Below, one piece after another: positions 1-10,793 of a stretch of 64,000 nucleotides of DNA. Position 1 is the stretch's first letter. Every line of letters starts with the position of its first letter. Origin of the DNA: Cycas panzhihuaensis (taxonomy: Eukaryota; Plantae; Cycadophyta); NCBI GenBank assembly GCA_023213395.1, contig CM041465.1, positions 216,883,741 through 216,947,740 on the forward strand, read 5' to 3'. A program made the position numbers and the translations under genes. The notes beneath the pieces were generated by a model. That model ran no database searches. It was not told where the DNA came from and worked only from the letters and a program-made list of their open reading frames with translations.

Positions 1-112
1 TTCATGGTTTATACTATTGTGATTGTGATACATTGATGTATTGATGTAATATTGGTTTATAGTTATTTAATATACGTTCTGCCCTATTCTCCTGTAAGTA
101 TATTTTCCTACA
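1..112 (+). repeat. 5' LTR (3' part) of element A
   Basis: Matches 11851-11962, ends in CA, immediately followed by the PBS. Confidence 0.9.
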
Positions 113-114
113 TT

Positions 115-125
115 TGGTATCAGAG
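115..125 (+). promoter_or_regulatory. Primer binding site (tRNA-iMet) of element A
   Basis: TGGTATCAGAG 2 nt after the LTR-terminal CA. Confidence 0.9.
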
Positions 126-829
126 TAAGATTTTGAGCTATTACATCTCTATCGGTGAAGGTTTTTAAGAAGAGTAACAGGATTTACTGGCATTCTACGG
201 CAGATTTTCTTACAAGCAAGATATATTAGCTATATTTATTTTCTAAAAAATTTTAGTAAGTTTTATATACTATTTCAGCAGATTTTGATTATTATTGAGC
301 TATATTTCTAGTTTAACAAATATTTCTTAGATCTATTTTTAGATTTATGCATGTCTACGAAGGTTTTTAGCTGCAAGCAAGACTCATACAAGTTTTTCTT
401 CAAGATCTACTACATTTCACTTTAGATTTGCTACATAGTCTACAGAGCTACTCACTTTAATAAATATCTTATAGTTATTTTATTTAAATATTTAATATTT
501 TCTCAGATTTACTATTTTTTTTACAATAGATCTCCTTATTTCAGTAATTTTTTTCACTATTTTCTGGTATATTTGTTCAGATCTATACTTATTTGGCTAT
601 AGATCTACTATACTCATGTCATATCTGCATTATTCAGCTTAAGATCTACTTTTTTTTTTTTTTATAAGGTAAAATAGAATTTAAAGTGGGTTTGAAAATA
701 GGATCCCATAACCTAGTACATCAATATCCAAAGGATATCAGGACAGAGCAAACCGTGACAGCCCCACGGAAAAGTCAAGAGAAAACAGGTCGCCGGGACA
801 AGCCCCTCGGCTAGCTATTGTAAGTCATA

Positions 830-3800
830 TCCTTCTCTACCAGAGTCAGAAGATCTCTAGGGAAATCACATCTCCACACTTTCCCTCTCTTGTTTTTCAC
901 CCCCTAGTTTGCCAAAAAGTCTGCTGCTTTATTCCCATCTCTCAGGGTGTGTCTAATACTAACTTCCGATAGGCCCTGAATGATATCTTTAGCATCATTG
1001 ATGATAGCCTGAAATTTCCAGTCCGGACGGGCCATACCTTTCAGCGAGTTTAAGACAACCTCTAAGTCCCCCTCAATCACCAATCTCTGTAATCCCCTAA
1101 CCCGGGCTAAGTCTAGGGCTTTGATCATTGCATGCATTTCTGCATAGTTATTAGTGTGGGAATCATAATAGTCTGTCAAAGCCCAAATGAGGGAGCCATT
1201 CCAATCCCTGTAGGTCCCCCCCCCACCGGCATCCCCAGGGTTCCCTTTTGCCGCCCCGTCAAAGTTAATTTTGTACCATGGCTCTATCGGGGGTATCCAT
1301 CTAGTGCTTCTAGATTTAGGTACTGAAAGTTCTGGATCTATGCCCCATTTGAGCATAATCCTATTTTCTGATGGGGTTAAACGTTTCTCCTTAACGTTGC
1401 CAACACTCTCCTTGATGTTCAAGCAGACTCTGCTGAAGACTCCCATCTGGTCCATCTCTTTACCTTGGAAAGTCCTTCTGTTTCTCTCCTTCCATATATT
1501 CCAAGCCAAAATTGGGAGAGCATTTCTCCAGATACGGCTGAGAGTAATGCTTTTGAACGGGCTTTGCGATGCCAGCCACAGGTCAGTGATTTTATGCGAG
1601 AAGGTCCAGCAAACTTCCAGCTTTCCGAGCAACATCCCCTAAACCCCCCTTGTGAAAGGGCACTTAAGGAGGATGTGATCTATGGATTCCTCTCCAATGC
1701 GACATAGGACACATCTGTTCGCTAATAGGAACCCATGCCTCTTCAGATTATCCAGGGTGAGGATTTTCCACCTAAGGCAGGTCCACCAAAAAAAAGTTAT
1801 TTTTGGAATGATGGGGAGCCTCCATACGCCTTCCAACATTGGATTTTTCGAATCACCCCTTTTGGTGCATAAGAATTGATAACCCTGTTTCATAGTATAC
1901 TCCCCCGTCGAGCTAAGTGGCCACTCTATTGAGTCCAACATCGGGGATCTAGGGATATAATTCTTACTGAGGATCGTTGTTAACTTATTGAGACCCTCCT
2001 TCAGATATCCTATTCCTTGAATTTCTTCAAAGTTCCTCCAGGTCCTGTTGCCACTTCTCACAGTCCAGTAATCTTTGATCAGCTTCCCAAAGAGCCTGAC
2101 ACATGGAGCCATCAGAGGTACCAATTCAGGGAACCCCTTTAGGGGTTTATCACAGCACCACGCATCATCCTAGAATCTTATGGAATTTCCATTGCCCAAT
2201 CTCCATTTTAATCCGTCCTTTATGGTGGCCCAAGCTTTGAGAATGCTCCTCCAGACTGCAAAGCCGGCCTGCGAGACACTGCAATCCAATAGCGAGCCCC
2301 CCTGAATATATTTCCTTGAGAGAATCTTCTCCCAAGGTCTCTCTCCCCCTTTGAACAGTCTCCAACCGAGCTTAGCCCCAAGGGTGGCATTGAAAAGTGA
2401 GATCCTCCACAAATTTAGGCCACCAGCCCATTTCGAAGAACAGACTCTGCTCCAACTCACCAAGTGAATCCTATCTCTGCTTTCTGTTCCAGACCAGAGG
2501 AATCTTTTCTGAATAGATTCGATAATATCTGATATGCCTAGCGGAATCCTGAAGATGGACATCCAAAACACAGGAATACTCTGGAGAGTAGAGGCAACAA
2601 GCTGGAGTTTACCGGCTGAACTCAGGAGGGCACCTTTCCAGCCTGCTAACTTCCTTTGAATTCTATCTAAGAGAGGGTTCCACATATCTTTGGCCAACTT
2701 GCCAACAAATAGGGGCAAACCCAGGTAAATTGTGGGAAGCTTTTTTATGTCCATGCCTAAGATTCTACTAATCCTGCCTTGGACATGGCCAGGGGTGTTT
2801 AGGAAGAAAACGCTGCTCTTCTTAAGACTAATCTTCTGGTTTGAGGCCTTCTCAAATTGCCCCAGAATGTCTATGAATCTGGAAGCCTCTCTAACAGTCG
2901 CCTTTCCCAGAAGGATGTTGTCATCCACAAATTGGTGATGAACCACATTGTCCACCCCCGACGTTGGTTTAATTCCGATGAAGAGCCCGACCTCTGGCGG
3001 AACTCAAGGGTTACTTGCCAAAGATCTCAGCCATCGTAATGAATAAGAAGGGGGACAGGGGGTCGCCTTACCTCAATCCCCGGAAACCGGGAAAGAATCT
3101 AGATGACGAGCCATTAATGATGACAGAGAATTGAGGCTTCCCAATACACAGATTGATCCAAGTTCGCCAGAGCTCCCCGAAGCCAAAGGCCTCCACACAG
3201 TCCAACAAGCAATCCCAGGAGACCCTATCAAAGGCTTTCGTGAGATCGATCTTGATAATCATCGCTGGCTTCTTTCTTTCAGCAGCCAAGTGAATGGTTT
3301 CATGGACGACAATATAACCATCATATATTTGCCTACCACGAAGAAAGCCATCCTGGTTGTGGGAAATGATGTTTGGCATAATATTCTTCAGCCTGTTAAC
3401 TAGGACCTTGGTTTATATTTTGTATTTGACGTTGCAAAGGCTGATGGGCCAGAACTCTTCCATCCTATTCGCACCATCCTTCTTTGGGATTAGGACAACG
3501 AATGTAGCTTGCCATTCCTGCAACATCTTTTTGTTTGTGTAGAATTCCTGCAAGGCATTCATAAGGTCTTCTTTTATGATATCCCAATATTCTTGGAAGA
3601 ATCCTGGAGGAAAACCATCCGGCCCAGGAGCTTTGTCCTTCTTCATACTAAAGAGGGCCGCCCTGACCTCTTCTAAAGTGAAGCAGAGGCGGTCGGTGAG
3701 CATTTTGAGTTTCATTCACCAATCTGGGGATATTGTTTAGGAAGTCTTTCCTGCTATTCATGTCCCTATCCTAGGGATCCGAGAATAGCTCCTTGAAGTA

Positions 3801-5009
3801 ATCGCTGGCCAGTTCCTTCATTTACTCCATAGAGCTTACTACTGTACCATCTTCCTTTTGGAGGTAGGATATTTTATTGTTCGCTCTATGCTTAACAGTG
3901 GTCATATGGAAGAATTTTGTATTCCTATCCCCCTCCACTAGCCAGAGGGCCCTGGATTTCTGCCTCTAGAGAATTTCTTCTCTGGTGAGGATCTCATCTA
4001 ACTTCTCGACCAGATCCTTTTCGGTCTTGTCTATTTCTGGGGATCTGCCAGTACCTTCGATCCTATCCTCTATAGTCTTCAGGTCACTGATGATTCTATC
4101 TTTATGCTCATTTACATTCTGGAAAACCTTCTTGTTCCAAACCTTGATTTGCCTTTTGATCCAATCCAGCTTTTTCGAGAATCTATACATTGCATGACCT
4201 TTGATCTGTATCTGCCACCATTCCACGATCCTATTCCTAAGATCGGGGTGGCGCGTCCACATAAGCTCGAACCTGAAGGGGAAGCTCGTGAATTTACCTA
4301 GAGCCGTAAAATGGAGCAGAAGAGGTGAACGATCCGAGCTCAACCTTGGAAGCGCCTCAAGGGTGAGATCGCTGAAATTCCTTAGCCACTCATAATTAAC
4401 CAACACTCTATCCAACTTAATTTGGATAAGGTTATTCCCCAGCCTCTTGTTTGACCATGTAAACTAAGCCCCCCTGAGCTTAACATCCTCCAGGCCCCCC
4501 TGTTGGAGAAAGTCACTGAAATCGCCCATGTTGGTCGTCCATCCCCCGGAACCTCCTCTCTTATCGCCCAGGGACAAGGCAGAATTAAAATCTCCCGCCA
4601 GCATCCAAGGTTGTTGGAAGTCCCTGTGAGACTCCAGTAACCTCTCCCAGAGCTTCTTCCTAGCCTCTTGGATGTTTGGAGCATATACATTTGTTGCTAT
4701 CCATGAAAGATTGTTACTTCTGTTGGTCAACCAGACCGAAATAAACAAACCCTCGGCTAGGACAAGTTCTCCCAACCATATCGATGGGTCCCAAAGAACC
4801 ATTAGACCCCCCACTCCTTGAGCATATTCGATCTCGATGCTGTCAGCTGATTTCCAAATTTTGTTTATGGCCCTTTAGCCATTCTCCTTGTTCATTTTGG
4901 TTTCTTGCAAGAATATTAGGTCCGGAAGATATTTGTTACCCATATCCTTTAATATTCTCTATTTCGAGGGGGCATTGAGACCCCTGATATTCTAACATAA
5001 TAGCTTCAT
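830..5009 (-). pseudogene. L1-1 ORF2 (APE endonuclease, RT, zf-RVT, RNase H) with stops and frameshifts
   Basis: ATG at 5009 then NIRGLN; NVYAP, WMLAGDFN, KAPGPDGF, PISLCNV, KIDLTKAFDRVSW, QFVDD, YLGLPL, CVLC..EESIDHILLKC, INFDGAAKGNPG, EGD, GNKAADFLAN. Confidence 0.92.
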
Positions 5010-6407
5010 CTCTTTTTCCTTTGCTTCCATACTTCCGCAGGCTCTCCTTTAGGAGGCTCCTTGTTCGCAGTGCTAGATCTAAGGGTGGGCCCTTCCAAAA
5101 ACGTCCCCTTTAAGGTTTTCTATCTACCTTGGTCTACTTGGGTAGCTGCTTCTTTCTCTCTTAGGAGCTTTAGTGGCGGCCTCCTAACTTTCCTTTCAGC
5201 ACCCACATCCGGGTGCTTTTTCAAAGTCGGTTGCGGAGTTAGTGCTGGAACTGGCTCCCCAACGCCCTCCCCTAAGGGCACTATCCCTTTTTCCCCTTGC
5301 CCCTGGGGCAACGAGTCGCAAGGAGTAACAGCAACCACATCAGCAGGGGGAAGACCTAACCTTTCCTCTCTTATCTTATCGCTAACCTGGAATAAATCAA
5401 GAAGGGTGGATTGGGTTTTAGGAGTGATCCTAGTAGGGGAAGAAACCCCTAAGTACTCCTCACCCACCTGGCTCCCCAGAGCCGCTAAAGTCTGCACAGT
5501 TAGCTCTCCTTCCTCAAGGAGCGTGTCCTCTTCGTTAGGGTCAAAACCTAGATCCCCAATAAGGGTCGCAACTGTCTCTGTGTGACCTTCACATTCTGTG
5601 GCCGCCTCTTGAATTTCTTCCTTCTTCTCTTGAGCTGGTTCTGGGGGGGCCTCATTGGTCTCCATCGTAGGAGGTTGAATTCCTGGATATTTTTGGGGCA
5701 AGTGGCCTAAAATTCTACAAGAGGAGCATCTTATGTGGTCCAATTCGTAAATCAACGGCTGCACCCAGGCCCCTTCTGGCAGATCTAGCCAGATGTCATC
5801 CAAGAGGGGTTTATCGAGCCGTGTTAGAGCATAGATCCTGGCGTTGATGAGCCTGTTCCTATTCTTTGTCGCAGAATCGACAGTCAAAAGGGGACCCACC
5901 GCCTTTGCTATACCCCTAAAAACTTTTGGGTTCCAATGATGTAGCGGGAGACCCGGGAGCTGAATCCATAAGGGGGCTTGTTTGATTTTGGGGGTAGAGG
6001 GATCAAAGTCCCTATGCCATTTTTCCAGTGACAGGGCTTTCCTGCCAAACATCCATGGCGCCCTGATCAGGATACTGGACATATCCTCGAAGGAGAAGAA
6101 CTTGAATAGCACACAGCCCTTGGGCATGGCTATAGATTCCACACTTCCATTCATTTTCTATTTAGATCTCGTCCAGTTTCTGATGGATTCGAGGCTACCT
6201 GGGGCAGAACCTCCCAACTAAACAGTTTTTCCATAGTTTTTTAGTCCTTTCCGCAAGAGCTGGGGGTATTTTCAGTCTGACTTTGTTATCAATAACCACG
6301 GGGGTTAGGTCAAAGGTTTCCTGTTCGTTTGATTTCAACACATCTCGATATGATTTCCCTAGAGACGGGATAAAGGTCTGAGTCTAGTTTTGAAGGATAT
6401 AGTCCAT
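5010..6407 (-). pseudogene. L1-1 ORF1 (DUF4283-type region plus zinc-knuckle remnant), disrupted
   Basis: APWMFGRKALSLEKW, LWIQLPGLPLHHW, QPLIYE, CSSCRILGHLPQK, typical of plant L1 ORF1. Confidence 0.88.
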
Positions 6408-7749
6408 TATCATAGTTGCAAATCAAAAATACCAAAAAACATCCAACCGACAGAGTGCATGCATGCCATAACTAAGATTTTCTCAAAGACAACCTCTGAG
6501 TTCCATACCTCTGAGCCACTCGAGACTCTACTGGCTAGAAGCTCCACTGGATAGCCGCCTTCCTTACACCATAGCCACTCAGACTTCTCCAACAATATTA
6601 ATGATAAAGCTATCTTCGAGCTACAGGTAGTGCCTAGCCCAGGGTGACTTCCCTCTGACCCCAAAGTAGACACTAGCTTCCGGTTTAAAACGTGCCAGCT
6701 TTCAGGCCATTGAGGACTCAGGCAGATTTGCCATAGTCTACCACTCCATCCATCCTTTAACAAGTATGCTGCCTGTCTACATGCTTCTGCGTGAATGATA
6801 GAGATCTCACGCCGGGCCCTAACTCCCCCGCCTTGGCCTTCCAAAGGACGCCATTGCGCCTCGAATCGCACTGAACCGGCCGCCGCCACCACTTCGAAAC
6901 CCTACGGTTACCAGGTTCTCGCAGATAGTAGAGCAACTACTAGCCTAACTGAGTTTGATCACTTTATCCAGCTTAAGATCTACTTATTTTATCAAGTTTT
7001 TTTAGCATTTTCTACTACACTTAGGTCAGATCTATTGTATTTCATTTCAGATCTATATTTTCATTATATTTTTTTACTATATTTTCAAGTTTTATATAGA
7101 TCTACAGCTTTTGGGGTGTATATCCTGCCTACCAAATCATTTGTTACAGCAGATCTGCCTATATTCGACCTGTGAGAAAGAAGATCTATCTATTAGAAGT
7201 TTTTTTAAGCCTATTTTTTGTCTACAAATCAACTATTTATCAGATCTATAATATTTGAGGCATATTCAGCCTTCTAAAGAAGATACACACAAGATCAAGC
7301 TAACTACATCTGCGTGTTCCATGTTCTTTAGTTATTTTTTCAGTTTTTTAAACACATATTTTTTAATATATCTTGCTCAAATATATTTGAAATTTTTTTT
7401 TTTTTTTACATGACATTGAAATATTTGGTTCTTCATTTTTTTTAATTTTAAACATATATTTTTCAATTTTTTTTTCAGTTGAAAACTCATATTATTAAGC
7501 AAGTTTTCTTTGAAAGATTCAAAAGTAAAAAAAAAAACACAAAAAATAAATAGGGGCAAGTACCCTTGAGAAAAATAGAACATAGTATAGCATCTTGAAA
7601 CTCAGAACATATTTTGGTAATTGGAATCCAACTGCAAAAAGTTTTTTCTTGATGTATGTTAGCAAAAGGCCCTAAACATCACATTGAGAGAGTACCAAAC
7701 ATAAGTTTTTTTTTAAGCCCAACCATTCAACTCTCTAGGAAAAGATATT

Positions 7750-8245
7750 TCTATAAAATTGATACTAGTGTATTGTCCTGCTTGAATGAGCTCTTCGCCA
7801 CTGAATGAAAACCTGACCTTTCCTTGTCCTCAAAAAATATCGAAATAGGGGGTTTGAGTCCTCCTATAAACAAATCCTGTGCTGATGCAGCCAAAAATAA
7901 AATCAGGTCTCTTTTGAACAACATATACAAATTGCCCAATAGTAAAATCTGTCGGTACTAAATATTTCTTTTTGTCAATATCTAGTATGTCACTTCTCTT
8001 TGCCTTCTTAATAATCACAGGTATCCTGTCTGGGTACTTTCCACAAATGCGAGCAGCTTCTGCTTACCTTCTCTCTAGATACTAGTGTATTGACTTGCTA
8101 CCCATATAGCCTTCACCCTCAAATGTCCAACTTGATTTCTAAACTCTGCGAAAACATGTTGCACTAGCATTTGCTCCAGTTGAGATTTGTACGGATCTGT
8201 CTACTTCAATTTATCACATAGTGCCCCAATTGCTAAAAGAGTACA
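7750..8245 (-). pseudogene. SAD2: Importin-beta SAD2/IPO7-8-like mRNA fragment, interrupted by the ATG8 insertion
   Basis: Minus strand reads [53 protein letters not shown], then resumes NF after the ATG8 insert. This matches the plant SAD2 block [56 protein letters not shown] (from memory). Confidence 0.85.
7776..8077 (-). pseudogene. ATG8: Processed, circularly permuted ATG8 fragment flanked by a 15-bp TSD
   Basis: 8078-7908 reads [56 protein letters not shown] with no introns. About 106 nt of leader-like sequence follows, then the ATG8 N-terminus (V)AKSSFKQ at 7801-7778. Direct repeat gatactagtgtattg at 7761-7775 and 8078-8092. Confidence 0.92.
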
Positions 8246-8322
8246 TTATCCTTCCACTGTAAGGAGCGGGAGGTAATCGTTACTCTATGAAACCAGCCTC
8301 ATGCGGTCCCCTCCTCTTTAGG
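8244..8322 (-). ncRNA. 7SL: 7SL (SRP) RNA fragment, S-domain/helix 8 region (pseudogene fragment)
   Basis: Minus strand GGAGGGGACCGCATGAGGCTGGTTTCATAGAGTAACGATTACCTCCCGCTCCTTACAGTGGAAGGATAA resembles plant 7SL GGAGGG....GCGTGAGGCTGGTTTCACAGAGCAGCGACTACCTCCCGCT....CAGTGGAAGGATAA. Differences are mostly C>T/G>A. Confidence 0.82.
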
Positions 8323-8609
8323 GTGTACGACAACCAAAGATTCAAAGCATATACAGATAGATTGATACTCTCACAGATGTAAAGCCTATTAATAGAAACT
8401 AGAGATAAAGGCAGATCGAACAAGAGACAAATCATAAAGCAAACATCCCATTTGATATCTTGTCAATCAGTGAATGTAGAGAGCCTTGACAAAGTATATT
8501 CATTTTTTAAAAGTTGTCGTGTTGAATATAATATTTGGTAACTGTTAACACGATCATCTTCAAGAAGTGTCAAGCTAGAGCATCATAGTTGGGAACCTGT
8601 TCTCAACGT

Positions 8610-8866
8610 TCTTCTCTGGATATGTTGCCTCGTTTCACATTAGGATGTAAATAGTTCATCCAACACAATCTGCACCCTTTTCCACACAGTTCTAGGCCTG
8701 CTTTCTTTGGTAAAGTTCGCCATTGACCCGCGCCATAAGTTTGAATGTAATTTCTCAAAAGAAAATCTTCTTGAGGAGTACATAGACCTTCCTCTGTAGC
8801 GTACCCTCCATAAGTAACTATAGTTCGTATTCATACAATACACAAATATATCTTCTATTCCCCCAT
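8610..8866 (-). pseudogene. Processed 5' fragment of an R2R3-MYB mRNA, no poly(A), flanked by an 18-bp TSD
   Basis: [60 protein letters not shown] is the R2 repeat plus the start of R3. The usual intron in AG|L is absent. Repeats ggaacctgttctcaacgt (8592-8609) and ggaacccgttctcaacat (8867-8884). Confidence 0.9.
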
Positions 8867-8971
8867 GGAACCCGTTCTCAACATCGACGGAAGCATTTAA
8901 AAGGATTTAACGTAGGCTTTGCCCTTTCCACTTGACCAAACCAGTAATAGTTTCGACTGCCATCCAGTTTC

Positions 8972-9086
8972 GAACTGTTCTTCAGGTTCGGCGCACACCT
9001 AGTACAAGCTCTGCTTTTCATCTGACTTGAACCATTCTTCATGTTCGGCATGCACCTAGCACAGGCTCTGCCCTTTTCATCTGACT
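8972..9086. repeat. Imperfect tandem duplication, 57-bp period
   Basis: gaac..ttcttca.gttcggc...cacctag.aca.gctctgc..ttttcatctgact starts at 8972 and again at 9029. Confidence 0.8.
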
Positions 9087-9140
9087 AAATATGCACAACG
9101 TGGCACCTTCATCCCTTGTTATAATAGCAGCAGCTATTAT

Positions 9141-9250
9141 TGGTATATATATTATTGATTACCCGACCGACTTTGACTCGCAATTACGGCGATAGCTCGT
9201 GATATATATATTTATTATTGACTACCTGACTCTAACTCGCAATTACGGTG
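9141..9250. repeat. Imperfect tandem duplication containing TATA-like tracts
   Basis: tatatata..ttattga.tacc.gac...actcgcaattacgg occurs twice (about 9141-9191 and 9200-9250). Confidence 0.7.
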
Positions 9251-10793
9251 GGCCTGCATAGCGCAGTAACGACGGGCCTTTCTTAATTTAAAAACATTTT
9301 TTATATATATTTTATATAAAGTTTAAGAAAATCAAATCTTGTTGTATATATTTTTTAGATCCGCGATTTAAACAAACCCAAGCCTCTCTACATCTAAGCC
9401 TCTAGTTACCTCTGAGTTTTTCACGTGACTGTTATCTATCTCCAAAAGAGGGTTAATAAGTTTTTATACCATTTTTTTCCTTTTATTTTTTTAATTTTTT
9501 ATTTTACATAGGGTTATTGGCATTTTCTTTACCATAACTCCTCGTTGAGACATCAGTTTTTTACGAAACCACTTTTATTGGATCAAATTTTTACTATAGA
9601 TCAATTTTAACTGGTCATATGACCAATTTGGTGCTGATTTGACCCCGTTTCAGTCGATTTAAAGTCAATCAACCCTTTTTCAGCCTATTTTCAATTTTTT
9701 ATAAGAATACTTTTTGAACTGGTTACATTTTATTACCTGGACACTATTTTCAGCCCAAATTTCTTCTAAATTGATCTAGTTCAACAAACTTCAAAACCCA
9801 TATTTTATTTTATTTTTTTGAATTTATTTTGACCATTATTTTAATCACCAAAAGTGGCATTTTAGTGGTTTTCAGCATTTCTCTTAACATTTTACCATAA
9901 GGGTACCTATTACTATTTTCGTTATAACTTTCTTGTTTGACATCCAAATTTAGTTCTGTTAGTTTTGTTGGGAATCTGACTCAATTATCTTCAATCTGAT
10001 ATAGTTTTTTATACATTTTAACGCATTTTTACTAGTTTTCAAATTACTCAAATTAGAGGTACTTTATTACTTTAAACCTGCCATTTTTTACATATTTTTA
10101 TATATATTTCTTAAAATGTTTCATTTAAAAGTATATTGAGTAGTCTTCTAAACAATATTTAATTATTTCTCTGCATTTTATAAAGTTTTATTAGTATTTT
10201 TATACAATTTTAAGCCCTGACACCTGTTAGGCATCAAAACAATGTCTGTTTCCTTTAAATCATCAAAACTTAACTTATAAGAACCTATTTTCAAAACGGT
10301 TAGTCTGTTGGATTCATATTTTGTTTATCTTCATACTCGTAAAGTTTCACATCATTCTGATATCATTTAGTATGCTTTTAAATATTTCAAACTTGAGGTT
10401 ATCCATTAAACCTTCTTTTAAGGAGTATAGTACTTTTTTATTCAAAATTTCTTCATATTTGTTCTATTTCAAAGTGAAAATTTCTCATATATATTTTATT
10501 TTTGGCATTATATATTATCATCAAGGCAAAGGACTTATTGCATTCAGAATTTATATTTATTCATTTGTAGAAAATCCTCTTATTTCAGATTTGTATCGTT
10601 AAAAGAATATTGGTATATGATTTCAAAGTTACTTCCATATTCATTTTTCCTTATTGCATTTAGTTTGTTTATTCTCAAAAGGCATTACATTTCTTTTAAA
10701 CAGTATATTTGACATCATACAAGTTTAATCACTTATTGACTATATTTAATTTGCTAAAAGCATACCTTATATGTACTAAAGGTTTTTGATAAA

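Larger units (their letters stand above)
652..6963 (-). mobile_element. L1-1: full-length L1-clade LINE with RNase H, decayed
   Basis: TSD cagcttaagatctactt at 635-651 and 6969-6985 (extends to 22 bp with 1 mismatch). Poly(A) tail seen as T-run 650-664 after ...ttttaccttat. ORF1 and ORF2 motifs are in the expected order. Confidence 0.95.

Noticed and set aside
904-1300. RNase H in a LINE as a novelty
   Set aside because: RNase H-bearing plant L1 lineages are already established.
6410-6892. 160-aa ORF in the L1-1 5' UTR as an extra LINE ORF
   Set aside because: No recognisable motif and no counterpart in the three sibling LINEs.
7830-8018. 62-aa ORF as a functional ATG8 gene
   Set aside because: Permuted, has an upstream stop, and lacks the C-terminal half including the conjugated glycine.
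8460-8590. Possible C/D-box snoRNA (ATGATG...CTGA) or cold-shock-like peptide in the cassette spacers
   Set aside because: Motifs too short, with no recognisable guide or domain; left unassigned pending a transcriptome search.
8640-8843. 67-aa ORF as a novel peptide
   Set aside because: Off-frame reading of the MYB fragment.
7761-8884. CRISPR-like repeat-spacer array
   Set aside because: The two repeat pairs differ in sequence and derive from their targets (TSDs); there is no common repeat and no cas genes.
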